Source: Phoronis australis
Lineage: Eukaryota; Animalia; Phoronida
Length of the DNA stretch: 64,000 bases
Assembly (NCBI GenBank): GCA_002633005.1
Contig: NMRA01000023.1
Span: 1,530,689 to 1,594,688 of the forward strand
Direction of reading: 5' to 3'
In this document: one piece after another, positions 1 to 12,015 of the stretch
How positions within the stretch are numbered: position 1 is the first letter of the stretch
How the letters are laid out: each line of letters begins with the position of its first letter
The notes under the pieces: generated by a model
Database searches by the model: none
The model's input: the letters and a program-made list of their open reading frames with translations, nothing else
What the model was told of the DNA's origin: nothing
Program-made: the position numbers and the translations under genes

Positions 1-1701
1 GATTGGTTTTTCTTCATGACCCAGTATGAAGGGGAATGAACAGGAAACTTAGTAAGGTGGCTCAGCCACGCTGTAATTACAATTTTGCACCCAATAAAAG
101 TTATTACAATTTTGCACCCAATAAAAGTTATTACCAGTCATTTTTGCCCTTAACAGAATTAGCCATCATGATCGGGAAACCAGGTTTTGTCCGATTGCTT
201 TTGCCTTGCGCTGCACATTGTAAATCCAAATTGAAAAGAGCACCGAAATTTGTCCCGTTTTAAAACCGGAGCAAGTTATCAAGTAACCCCTTCTTAATGC
301 TCCCAATACAAACATACACCATTACACCACAACATCAATTTATCACACTGGGTTGAGTTAATAAACGTGTTATCACATCACAATATTGTGCTGTCATTAG
401 TACATAATGGGCCACTACCAGCTACCATAACAAAAACAATACAACATGTTGGAATGTGCCCAAGACTGCATTGCAAACAGTATGCTACAAGTTGTGCTCT
501 GGTTTTCTACGTGTGCCAAAGTAGTCCAACCTGTCTAAAAAATGAACGTCTGTCAATATTCATAATGATCGCAGATGAAAAACATATTAAAAATAATGCT
601 ATAAATAGCCACTAGGTGGTGCAGAATAACCAGAGGTCTGTTTGAAAATGGGAAGGTGTCGTCGTGTCCCTCCTTGAAGATATANNNNNNNNNNNNNNNN
701 NNNNNNNNNNNNNNNNNNNNNNNNNNNNNNNNNNNNNNNNNNNATTCAAAATATGACTTTTAAACAATCATGTTCAACTTAATGTCCACCCTTACACTCT
801 GCACTGCTTGTTCATATTTTGTAACTCCAGCTTCTGAACAGCAACCAATTCATTTACCAGCAACTTAGTACAATCACCACACAATCACTGCATTCTGCTG
901 ACATAAATCCAACTCCCTGGATGTACAGTACAGGCCAAAGTATTCAGAAAAAGTGACCTGGAATTCCATTTCTGTAATAATACTTGGAATTCCACGTCAT
1001 GACGAGTAGGTAGAACCCAAATTCATCGGCAAAAGATTGATTGGTTTTTCTTCATGACCCAGTATGAAGGGGAATGAACAGGAAACTTAGTAAGGTGGCT
1101 CACCCACGCTGTAATTACAATTTTGCACCCAATAAAAGTTATTACCAGTCATTTTTGCCCTTAACAGAATTAGCCATCATGATCGGGAAACCATGTTTTG
1201 TCCGATTGCTTTTGCCTTGCGCTGCACATTGTAAATCCAAATTGAAAAGAGCACCGAAATTTGTCCCGTTTTAAAACTGGAGCAAGTTATCAAGTAACCC
1301 CCTTCTTAATGCTCCCAATACAAACATACACTACACCATTACACCACAACATCAATTTATCACACTGGGTTGAGTTAATAAACGTGTTATCACATCACAA
1401 TATTGTGCTGTCATTAGTACATAATGGGCCACTACCAGCTACCATAACAAAAACAATACAACATGTTGGAATGTGCCCAAGACTGCATTGCAAACAGTAT
1501 GCTACAAGTTGTGCTCTGGTTTTCTACGTGTGCCAAAGTAGTCCAACCTGTCTAAAAAATGAACGTCTGTCAATATTCATAATGATCGCAGATGAAAAAC
1601 ATATTAAAAATAATGCTATAAATAGCCACTAGGTGGTGCAGAATAACCAGAGGTCTGTTTGAAAATGGGAAGGTGTCGTCGTGTCCCTCCTTGAAGATAT
1701 A
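1..1701 (+). repeat. Near-identical direct duplication (1-684 vs 1039-1701) flanking an N-gap
   Basis: Copies differ by a few SNPs and small indels plus a 27-bp tandem duplication; gap at 685-743. Confidence 0.9.
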
Positions 1702-1975
1702 TTAAGGGAAACGTAAAAAATTCTTAAAAGGGAAGTACCATGTCGTCTCTGTAATTGAAGCCTACTTCCAAAATTTCATGAAAATTGGTAAAGAAAGATA
1801 CTGAGGTAAATGTTAAAACACTAAAATTGCCACTAGGGGGCACAGCAGGAATCGGATCCATATGAAAGTCATCGTATCGTAATGCTAAATTTCACGAAGA
1901 GGAATTAGAAAATAGAGGAACAGGCACCGGATGTCCAGACCGAGACGATACCAATAGGCACCCAACATAAACATA
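1600..1975 (+). mobile_element. Fragment of the Helentron-like family
   Basis: gccactaggtggtgca, gaaaatgggaagg, gaggtaaatgttaaaa and ttgccactagggggcac match subunits at 10800-11900. Confidence 0.6.
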
Positions 1976-2039
1976 CGAATGAAACTGACTGACCACATTA
2001 CTACACCAATGTGTTCAATTATTTGTACTGATACAATAC

Positions 2040-2093
2040 CTGTGTGAAACTGCTTTCTCAGGTGCCAACTGGTAGTCATCAGGGTACCACCTC
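2040..2093 (-). CDS. REXO2: REXO2 coding exon 5
   Basis: tttgcag|(R)[17 protein letters not shown](R)|gtattg; 54 nt, phase 2/2, consistent with exon 4. The final ALDDI exon was not found in the window. Confidence 0.92.
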
Positions 2094-2653
2094 CTGCAAA
2101 TTATGAACATTGCAGTTTCACACTTTCACAGTACATACTTGTCAAAACTCAGAGAAACAATATGAAAAATAGAGACATGACCAAACTAACACAAATTTTA
2201 AATTATTGAAAACACAGGTTGTGTGTGGTAGGTCACTGGTCATTCATTTCATCCAAGTTTTTTTGGAAATTAGCAGCAGCCCATGTCATTTCTGCCTCAA
2301 GTTAACACATAACCGGTTTCGAAATTCATCCATATTTTCATGTAATGCCAGGTGGTAAGTCTTCACTTATTTAGCACACAATATAGCTGACAAGTGAATT
2401 CTATTTTGTCAGATTTTTCCACAAAAATACATATTCAGAAAATTTTAGTCTATGACTAGCACAATGAACTGGTTAGACGTCATAAAACAACATTTGTTTC
2501 CAATATTTGCAGAAAAGTTATCAGATTTTGAAAAATGGACACTATCGATTTTGGCAATTATTTTTTAGCTTAACAAGTGGAGATATTATTTGTAATGTTT
2601 CCTCGTTACTTCTCTTCATGCTATTTGAATGGGGACGATGAAAAGAGAGCGAA

Positions 2654-2917
2654 CACTGCAACTTTTGCCTAACTTAGTGTCTTGCAGCTCTTCAACTGTT
2701 TGTTAACAGTGTCTTGCAGCACTGCAACTGTTGCCTAACTTAGTGTCTTGCAGCACTGCAACTGTTGCCTCACTTAGTGTCTTGCAGCACTGCAATTGTT
2801 GCCTAACTTAGTGTCTTGCAGCACTGCAACTGTTGTCTCACTTAGTGTCTTGCAGCACTGCAACTGTTGCCTAACTTAGTGTCTTGCAGCACTGCAACTG
2901 TTGCCTAACTTAGTGTT
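2654..2917. repeat. 34-bp minisatellite, ~7 copies
   Basis: Unit cttagtgtcttgcagcactgcaactgttgcctaa. Confidence 0.95.
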
Positions 2918-3440
2918 TTGCTTAATGCTGTTGCAAAACAACTATTGACTGGCCCAAAACTGGCAAAGTGTCCTTCATTGCACAGTGCACAGTTTTCAGC
3001 TGTTTTTGTCATTAACAAGACTTTTTCATTTGCTGAAAACAGTCCAGACCTTCACATTTATGGACTATTTTCCTCTAGACGCTCTGAAAAGCTCCTTTTT
3101 GAAAGCTGATCTTGGACATGATGACAAACATTTTTGTGTGAAATAATTTTGAAAATCTACATAGTTTTACATACAGACTTGTTCACTTATTTTTAATGCA
3201 AAAATTTAAAACAAGAGCAGAGCGGAAGCCAAATTGGTCCAAAAAGTGTCCTCCACAATCAGCTTTACACGAACACATCTGCCAAATCTCATTGACTTCC
3301 TAAATGGGGTTTAGAAGACAAACCAGCGAAGCTCGGATGCCCAACAAAGAGATAACCGCAATACGCATGTCTTGGTCCATAAAAGGAAATATTTTTATGA
3401 ACCATTACAACATAAATTTACTAAAAATAACCAAACAAAC

Positions 3441-3661
3441 CTGCAGAGTTCCTTGACTGTGCTGACATCTATGATCCTGTAGTGCAAATAATTCAAGAAG
3501 CTGGGCATGTACTTCTGGAGAAAGCCTTTGTCAGCGTGTACACTGTTGCCTGCCAGGGGGCACTGACCCTCTGGCACATGCTCTTTGAGGAAGTTGAACA
3601 TCGTTGTCTCGGCTTCTTTCAGAGAAATACGACTCTCCTGAACAGCTTTGGTTAACCCAGA
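3441..3661 (-). CDS. REXO2: REXO2 coding exon 4
   Basis: tttag|[73 protein letters not shown](R)|gtttgt; contains the GNSVHxD and [13 protein letters not shown] motifs. Confidence 0.96.
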
Positions 3662-4303
3662 CTAAATATCACAAAGAAAACGGTAAAGCGTCACTTTCAA
3701 AGCATAATATGAAGACTAAGGCTACTGACAAAAAAGCAAAGCTGGTTCTAATCTTTACTCAGACTCATTGTGAGACCTGAGCTCACCAACAAAGAAAAAA
3801 GTCCACTCATCATCAATTTCAGACAAGGTTTTGTTGTTTTGAAAAGCACAATGGCACGTAAACAAGAGTAAGCAGGATTTGAAATGCCATGAATTGCCAA
3901 GCGATGAGTAAAATACAACAAATCACACATCACTATTGCTCGTCTGGATTTTCTTGTTCAAAAAAGAGAACAATTAAAAAGGACCGCACAACACACACAA
4001 TTGCCAAAAAATGGAGACCAGAACCAATTGTGGATTTTTGTCCCATCCCTTGATGTGTGAGGAAATAAGGATGTCTAAATATGCAAACTGCCAATTGTCA
4101 CTGAGGCTTCTACGTTGTATTCATCAAAAACTGTCTAAAGCCTTTTAATGTATTTAAAGGGGCATTTACAAGCTACTATGTTACATTATTAGGTGGAACT
4201 GTACATGACACTTTGAACCCTAGTTAATGTCAGCGAGCTAAGCTATACTCAGATACTTAGCAAAAGTGAAAATAAATAAATTCTGCATTAATAATGATCC
4301 TGA

Positions 4304-5963
4304 TATACATAACGCTAAACCCTCGTGACAGACCCCCCGAGTTGGCTGCTGGAGCAACTCGGGGCTGTCTGGGATCAAGCGGAAAAACCACAGGGTAGAT
4401 CTGTGGTCGACGAATCTATTCGGTCGATTACATTTTATTGCCCGTGAAGCCGCTAAGGGCTGCCTGAAGAAATATGACTCGCGCGTTTGCATTTTCGCCT
4501 TTTTCAATGACATGTAAAAGATTCATCAACAAATTCCTCGTAAAATTCTGAAAATAAGCGTTTTTCTCCCACGAAAATCGATGAAGTTTTGGCCGAGATA
4601 TTTCACTTTCAGTCAAGGCTAGCCCTGCGCACTCACAGAATCGTCACAAGATTACTACGCGGTAATGCGGTTTCACTGTCAACAAAGGAAGACGTCAAAA
4701 TCGACTTATAATTGTCATTTTTAAACTATTTGCATGTTAAATTATCAAAATGTAAGTAAAATCGTACTCTATATTTTAACAAGAAAACAGCAATTTCATT
4801 TTGGTGAACATGTCTATAAGGACCTAACTCGCGCATGGTGGTGAGTAGTGAGTCCGGCCAACACGTGAGGATGNNNNNNNNNNNNNNNNNNNNNNNNNNN
4901 NNNNNNNNNNNNNNNNNNNNNNNNNNNNNNNNNNNNNNNNNNNNNNNNNNNNNNNNNNNNNNNNNNNNNNNNNNNNNNNNNNNNNNNNNNNNNNNNNNNN
5001 NNNNNNNNNNNNNNNNNNNNNNNNNNNNNNNNNNNNNNNNNNNNNNNNNNNNNNNNNNNNNNNNNNNNNNNNNNNNNNNNNNNNNNNNNNNNNNNNNNNN
5101 NNNNNNNNNNNNNNNNNNNNNNNNNNNNNNNNNNNNNNNNNNNNNNNNNNNNNNNNNNNNNNNNNNNNNNNNNNNNNNNNNNNNNNNNNNNNNNNNNNNN
5201 NNNNNNNNNNNNNNNNNNNNNNNNNNNNNNNNNNNNNNNNNNNNNNNNNNNNNNNNNNNNNNNNNNNNNNNNNNNNNNNNNNNNNNNNNNNNNNNNNNNN
5301 NNNNNNNNNNNNNNNNNNNNNNNNNNNNNNNNNNNNNNNNNNNNNNNNNNNNNNNNNNNNNNNNNNNNNNNNNGCAAAATAAGATACCATCAAGATTTTA
5401 GTCTAAATGTTTCCTAACTCGGTTTTTGGCCATAACACTAGTTATAGGAATCTGATTATGAGCGCGCAAGAGAAGACGGAACATATTTGCGACGTTTCGT
5501 TTACTCAAAGTTAATGAGCCTAAACGCCAGAAAATATTTGTTTTCTCTTTCTCGCTTATAATGATTTTCAAGGGTTTCCGTTATTCAATTTCGGCAAGGT
5601 CGTTGCTTTCTCGCAAAACTACCGATTGGATGATCAATTACTCACTTATTTGCTCTCCGTTTTAACGTTGATCATCGTCAATACACCTCCAAAAATTGCA
5701 CATCGTCTTTGCGCAAACTACATTGAGATTTAAGTCTCCCGAAAAAAGGATAGTGTTTAAAAGTCTAATTCTAAATTTCTCCAGTTAGTGCACAAATGAA
5801 GTAAAACAAAGTAGTTCTGCTTGTCGCGTCAGTTGTTGGTATCATTATCTCGATTTATGACCCACAACGCGTGACTGGACAAAGCCTTTTCAAATTAAGC
5901 CGGTGGAGCGTGAGACCCCTGAGGTCCCAATCGAGTCCTCACGACAACTCCGCGTTATGTATA
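4304..5963. mobile_element. Non-autonomous TIR element spanning an assembly gap in REXO2 intron 3
   Basis: Ends TATACATAACGC-N7-TCGTGA and TCACGA-N7-GCGTTATGTATA; CpG-richer interior; subterminal hairpin CCCCGAGTTG/CAACTCGGGG at ~4334-4364. Confidence 0.65.
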
Positions 5964-7291
5964 ACAAGAGCAACCACTGTGTGCGGAGGTATGACACAAG
6001 TCCTGAACTTCACAAACGATGACAGAAGATGACCAAAAAACATGGTCAGGTCCAGCCGTTTTTTTTTAACTTTTAAGCCTAAACAGAACTTTGAATCAAA
6101 GGTGTTGTATTTGGGAACAAGTATTTAAAAGCAGATTACAAGTGACTTCTTGCTTTGTTGCAGAAATGAAGCATCTCCAAACAAAATCTGAGGTTGCACA
6201 GGCGAACCACAGGCTCCGTATTTGAGCCCTGGACTGACAATGTCCAACGATTACGTTCATAGCCCCATTACACTAAGAAACCAGGAGATATATAATTGTT
6301 TACAATTACACATTTTCAATTTTTGGTAACCACTGTACAGGCACACAACAACACACAATCACATTTTCTAAGAAACGCAGTGACACGCATGACCATACAG
6401 TGGTCAATTTAAGAACCTGAAGCTCTCCAACTTCAGACTGTGGTGACATGGGACAATCTCAAGTTACCATGACGTTGCCATGACATCGCAATGGCGAATA
6501 GCAACGTCACATAACAATTCAGCAGAAAATGAATTTAAAAATTCGTAGTGACTTCCAAACTTTAAATTAACAAATCAGTGCATCTGCCAACCACAGAAGT
6601 CAGCACATATCAAGCACACGCTCAAATTACAACAGGAAGTAAACCGATGGAAGTCTGAATTTTTCGTTAAAAATAGGGCAGGGTCAAACCATGAAACACA
6701 CGCTCCCTGTGTTTGCAATCGTCTGAGTTCTCTGTTCGCAAGAGGAATTCAATTAGTTTGAGTTAGGATGAGCAAACCAAAATGCAACTCGAAATATATC
6801 TGAATAAATTATGAAGTTGTTTTAAGTGATGAGAGAGTCGACATGGGTCCCTCAGAAAAAACAGCAGGCTTGGATCGTGTGACAAGGTGTTTTGATGTGT
6901 AAGGATAATGAATATTACAATACCTAGCTAATGGTATATATTTACGGGAGAAATGGAACAGGTATGTGGAAGTGTTAGTGGCACGTTTTTTTGGCGGCGA
7001 CCTCTAGCCTCAGATTTGGCGACCTCAGCTTTCATTTGGCGATCTGGGAATTTCACTAATAAGTTGCATTTAGCGAGTTGACAATGAGCCAAGAAGCGAA
7101 CACTGCCATGTGATGTCAGTGTGGTCACTCATGGTACACTGCATATGATGTCAGTGTGGTCACTGACCTACATTACATTTTGCGGACAACAGCATGAGAA
7201 GCAAGGCATCCTGGCACTCACTAAGATCACATCCAAACAAAAACAGCCCACAATAGCAGAACAACAAACAATATCTGGACAGTACACATAC

Positions 7292-7369
7292 CACCCCATG
7301 AGTTTCTGTGCACCACTGGTTCATTTGAGCTAGAACATCCTCTGGCTGATGAATGATTAGGTTTGGGGC
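7292..7369 (-). CDS. REXO2: REXO2 coding exon 3
   Basis: ttttgcag|APNLIIHQPEDVLAQMNQWCTETHGV|gtatgt; 78 nt; matches the PNLIIxQPxxxLxxMxxWCxxxHG segment of oligoribonucleases. Confidence 0.95.
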
Positions 7370-8420
7370 CTGCAAAAAATAACAGAGAACAAGAATGGTT
7401 TACATCTGTGCTTCCAAACAGAAATAGTCATGTTTGCATACTGGCCTTTAACAATAATCAATCAACAAGTCTATAGGCCCCAATTGTCTGGAACTATAAA
7501 CAAAACCAGCACAAAACCAGAGCTTTACAAATCTCAAGCTAGTCTTTCATTTAGTTTTAATCCTTAACAACATGGACCTGGTAACATCAACCACACTGTG
7601 TTGCAAAACTAGTTGAACATTTCATAAATTACACTCCTCTATGTATTTGTGTTTTCTACAAACACTTTAATAGATTTTGATATTATGTAACATTCAACTC
7701 TGTTGCTGCATTGCCAGAAATCCAAAATTCAATTTCATAAGAATCACTATTAAAATTTTCCTTAAAAATTATAAGTACTTGTTGAAAGATTATTATTTGT
7801 AAATAAATTTTGACTAATGGTTAGCAGTATTATTTGTTCTAAAGTTTTTCCACTAAAATGAAATAAAAGGTGTATCTTTAATAATGATTTGAGTGCCAAA
7901 TTACAACTAGTAATTGATGACATCGTCTACATGGAATGTATTCCAACTCCATTGTCCAAGTACAACACTTCTTCAGAACAAATGAGCTGTCTCAGCAAAT
8001 CAAGTGATGTTGGCTGATAGCTTCTCTCAAATATATCATGTCTAATTCTTTTCACAAAGCAAGAATAATGGTAATGGATGACTAGAAACATAGGACACTG
8101 GCAGGCAATCAACTTTACACTTGTGACACAAACATGGTAACATCAAACAGTTTTTGTAAAATAATCTTTGAGAGAGACAAGATTGTTATTTGTAAGAGTG
8201 GCAAGAGTCAGGGCTGTCCAATGTATCTGCAGATCAGGGTAACTTTCAACTCTGTCACTGATTATCGATTTGTGAGAATACATGATTGATATCAAGCCTA
8301 ATCAATAATAAATCAGGTATCAAACTAAACGTGGTAGTAGATAACATCTACAATGAGCTCGTGGGACTACCGTGTGTGACGAAACTTCTAAAATTTTAAT
8401 GTGCAAGCCACGGAAACAAT

Positions 8421-9134
8421 ATGGCGGAACGGGAACAGTCACTGTTCAAAAGCAGTCTCTTGACAAAGGTGCTGGCTTTTGTAGATGGTAGTTTTAAAAG
8501 GTACAAGTCAGAGGTGGGTGATCAAGGTGTGGCCAACTACAAGGCTGTGGGGTGGCTGTACAGGGACAAACCTAAGTGGTACTATGAAGGAATACGTGAG
8601 GGAAGCCAGGTGAGGGAGTTTGTACAGCTCAGCGACCGAGACACCAACACTGAAGACGCGATTGATCGTGATCTGCCAGGATTGTGGTACAGAGGAGACA
8701 TTGACAGAGAAACGGGAGAACCAAGCATGATATCAGACTTTGGCGATACCCGATGTTTAGTTAGAATGGAGAATTTTCTCCATCCACTAGCTAACCTTTA
8801 CTTGGCTGACTTCTACTGTACCAAGACCAGCCCAGTGCATTATATTTCGCTAGTAACTACAGCAAGATGTTCTGAAGCGGATGCGTACTGCTCAAAAAAA
8901 TTTGTAGCACTGGAAAGAGCGAATAACCCATTTCTATGGGAAAAGAGGGTCAAAAACCAGGTCAAATTTTATGTACTGGCCTGCCCTCTGGTGGCCATAG
9001 AAGTACTGCATACCGAAAACATAGACATCAAAACCTTGCTGGAAAGAAACTGGGCAAGATTTGAAAACGGTCTGATAGTGTCTACAGCATTCAAAAGTCG
9101 CAAGAGAAATCGAGTTTGCAGTAATTGCAGTTGA
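8421..9134 (+). CDS. Intronless PHYHIP/PHYHIPL-like protein (C-terminal domain only), nested antisense in REXO2 intron 2
   Basis: Intact 237-aa ORF. The motifs LYRDK, ETGEP-x3-S-x-FG, NLYLADFYC, HYISLV, NNPFL, IEVLHTENIDI and terminal CSNC are colinear with the PHYHIP C-terminal domain as recalled (FYRN, NTGQPP, NLYFADFYC, HYAILV, NKFL, LEIIYTEPVDL, CKTC). AATAAA at 9414-9419. Confidence 0.85.
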   Translation: MAEREQSLFKSSLLTKVLAFVDGSFKRYKSEVGDQGVANYKAVGWLYRDKPKWYYEGIREGSQVREFVQLSDRDTNTEDAIDRDLPGLWYRGDIDRETGEPSMISDFGDTRCLVRMENFLHPLANLYLADFYCTKTSPVHYISLVTTARCSEADAYCSKKFVALERANNPFLWEKRVKNQVKFYVLACPLVAIEVLHTENIDIKTLLERNWARFENGLIVSTAFKSRKRNRVCSNCS

Positions 9135-9537
9135 ATTTAAGCAAGATTATCTAATTGAAAATCTGTCACACATCCCTTTGAATATTATATCTTAATTTTA
9201 TTTCTATGTGGGTTACTATTCAACATTCTTGTTCAGAGATTCAACCCAGATGGATGTGGTCACATTGTCTATGTGTTAGACATAATTGAATCATTATAAA
9301 CCAGCACGTAATACTATTAATTTTCACTTACAACATGTGCTATATGGCTTCAAACTCCACATGTTGCGCTGTGTAATTAGGTCTTAAAACCAAAATCCCA
9401 AACTTCAAATTGAAATAAATCTAGTTAATGATTGGTGTGAATCTTATTATACCGTAGATTAGAAGTAAAAAATGAACTCCAATGGGTACATAAAGTTGTT
9501 GTGCGTAATTTGGAATGCTAAAGCTGAAATGATTTGA

Positions 9538-10225
9538 AGGCCTTTCCTACTGCCTTGATGCTTCGGTCAATTGGAACACTTACACTTCGGTCTTGAATCG
9601 AAGTTAACAAAGCAAGTTAACTCTGAAGTAAAGGGGTGGATTTAACAGTGAAGCATTGACACTTCGCAACAATGAAAACACTTCACTTCGATGCCATCAG
9701 AACTTATCGGCAGGGGTCACTACCTGCATTTGTCAACAGCAGACGGTTACTGGTTACTATTTGTAAATATTTTGTTATAATCATATTACTTTTTGCGGTT
9801 TAAGCGTTCTATTTCAATTTATCCACATATTTGCTAGATTCTTTATATTAAAAAACAACCGAACGTAAAGTGTACGCAAAATGAGTTCCTGGCCGCCACG
9901 CCATACCGCATTTGTTTGGATCAGCTGTTAGCCTGCACAAGAGAATTTTTTAATACGTAATTTTCTAGTACATAGTCATTGTCCCAACATGGCAACCACT
10001 GGCTGCCTAGTCAAGTTGACGCTCTAGTTTCCATCTGGGGAGACGTCCTTGTCATATTTGATGGCAAGCACCGACAAAAACAGCATGTCATGTGACCAAA
10101 GGTCATATTAGTACCACTTAGTGATAAGTTTGCTGAACTATAACTCCCATGATGATGGGAACACTAATGCTTAATTTTGCTGTTAACCACAGTTAACTTT
10201 GAAGCTTCGATATGGGAAAGGGCCT
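9538..10225. mobile_element. ~690-bp MITE (Harbinger-like termini), copy 1
   Basis: Termini AGGCCTTTCCTA...TGGGAAAGGGCCT; colinear diverged copy at 56190-56892. Confidence 0.75.
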
Positions 10226-10340
10226 GAAGAACCAAGACAAATCACTCTTCCCCAAAATAATGGCAAAACCGCAGTATTCAAAAATGTACAAAATAGGTCT
10301 TGAAAGTCAGCAAAGTCTACATGTGTTGAGGAGTTTAATG

Positions 10341-12015
10341 AAACAAGAGTAATGCGGAGTGATGAAATGCGGCAACGAATGTTTTGCAAATGGCGTGCTT
10401 TTTGGGGTTACCGTATTTATTTGTATCATAAAAATGGCCAATAGATGGCGCAAAAACGTATAATCCTTCCAAAAACGGAAATATGCCATATTTCATAAAA
10501 ACCTGTCAAAGAACTTCAGAGAAACAATGGAAAACAGAATAAAATGAAATTGCCACTTGTGGGTACAGCGTCAGTTGGATCCGCCAAAACGCCGTCATCT
10601 GTTGTTATATTCATACAGCTATGGGCACAAAACAAAACTACGACTAGGAGGCACCACAGTAATCAGTCGCCATCATCAAACGTCCTCTTCATACTGAGAA
10701 CATATGAGCCAATTTTCAAAACCATCCCTATAATGATTTGGTAGATAGAGGATTGGATGCCAAAAACAGGGTTTGAAAACAGCAAAAATGGCCACTCGGT
10801 GGTGCAAAATACCTCGATTCCATCCAAAAACAGGAGGATAGCGTCATCTCACCAATAGATGCCTATATTCAAAACTTTATGAAAATCTGTTGAGGACCTT
10901 TGAAGATACAGAGGTAAACGTAAAAAACAGAAATTGCCACCAGGGGGCACACCAGTAGTCAGATCCGTCTGAAAGTCACTGTTGTCCATTGTCAACATCA
11001 TATAATTACACTTGCCGAACTAAGTAAAGATCCTGCAAACTGTTTAGGAGATACAGCCATGAGCGCAAAACAACAAAACTGCCATTAGGAGGCGCCACAG
11101 TAGTCGAAGTAGTCAGAAAATCATCGTCAGCCTTCTACTTCATAGTGAAAGCATACATGCCAATTTTCACAATTATCCTGAAAGTGGTTTGGTTGATAGA
11201 GGAGTGCATGGACACCCAAAAACCGACTCGAAAACAGTAAAAATGGCCACTAGGTGGCGCAAACTACATTGAATCCATCTGAAAACCGAGAGGTAGCGTC
11301 ACCTCATTAACAGAGCCTGTATGCCACATTTTATGAAAATACGTTCAGGACCTTTGAAGATACAGAGGTAAACGTAAAAAACTAAAATTGCCACTAGGGG
11401 GCACACCAGTAGTCAGATCTGTACGAAAGTCCTTGTTCTCCGTTATTAACGTCATAAAAATACACTATTAGTAAAGATCCTGCAAACGGTTTAGGAGATA
11501 TAGCCATAGGCTAAAAAAAATGCCACAAGGAGGCGACACAGTAGTCGAAGTCGGAAAATCATCGCCAGGTGTCCACTTCATAGTAAGAAATACATGCCAA
11601 TTTTCGCAATCATCCTTTGAGCGGTTTGGTTGATAGAGGGGTGGACGCAAAAAACAGACTCGAAAACAGTAAAAATCGCCACTAGGGGTGCAAACTACAT
11701 CAAATTCTTCCGAAAATGGGAGGTTAGCGTCATCTCAATAATAGGTGTCTATATACCAAATTTTAGGAAAATCCGTAGAGGATTTTTGAAGATACAGAGG
11801 TAAACGTAAAAAACTAAAATTGCCACTGGGGGCAGACCGGTATTCGGATCCGTCAAAAAGTTCGCTGATGCCGTCCCATCCACGGAAGGAACACATGTAC
11901 AAAATTTCATGAACATACGTCAAGGCGTTTTGGAGACAGAGCAGCGGACGCCAGACGGACGGACAGAGATGACGGCATAATGCGTTCACATATAAATAAC
12001 TGGGCGCATAAAAAT
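10341..12015 (+). mobile_element. Helentron/HINE-like non-autonomous element with internal ~150-bp subunit array
   Basis: Starts AAACAAGAG; diverged subunits arranged as a ~430-455-bp trimeric higher-order repeat; GACG/GACA microsatellite at ~11935-11975; terminal hairpin ATGCG..CGCAT followed by AAAAA. Confidence 0.65.

Noticed and set aside
36-1632. Duplicated small ORFs suggesting a tandem gene pair
   Set aside because: Intronic sequence duplicated across a gap, with no recognisable protein motifs.
4814-5401. Long ORFs across N-runs (also 21013-21477 and 34894-35923)
   Set aside because: They consist of X residues from assembly gaps.
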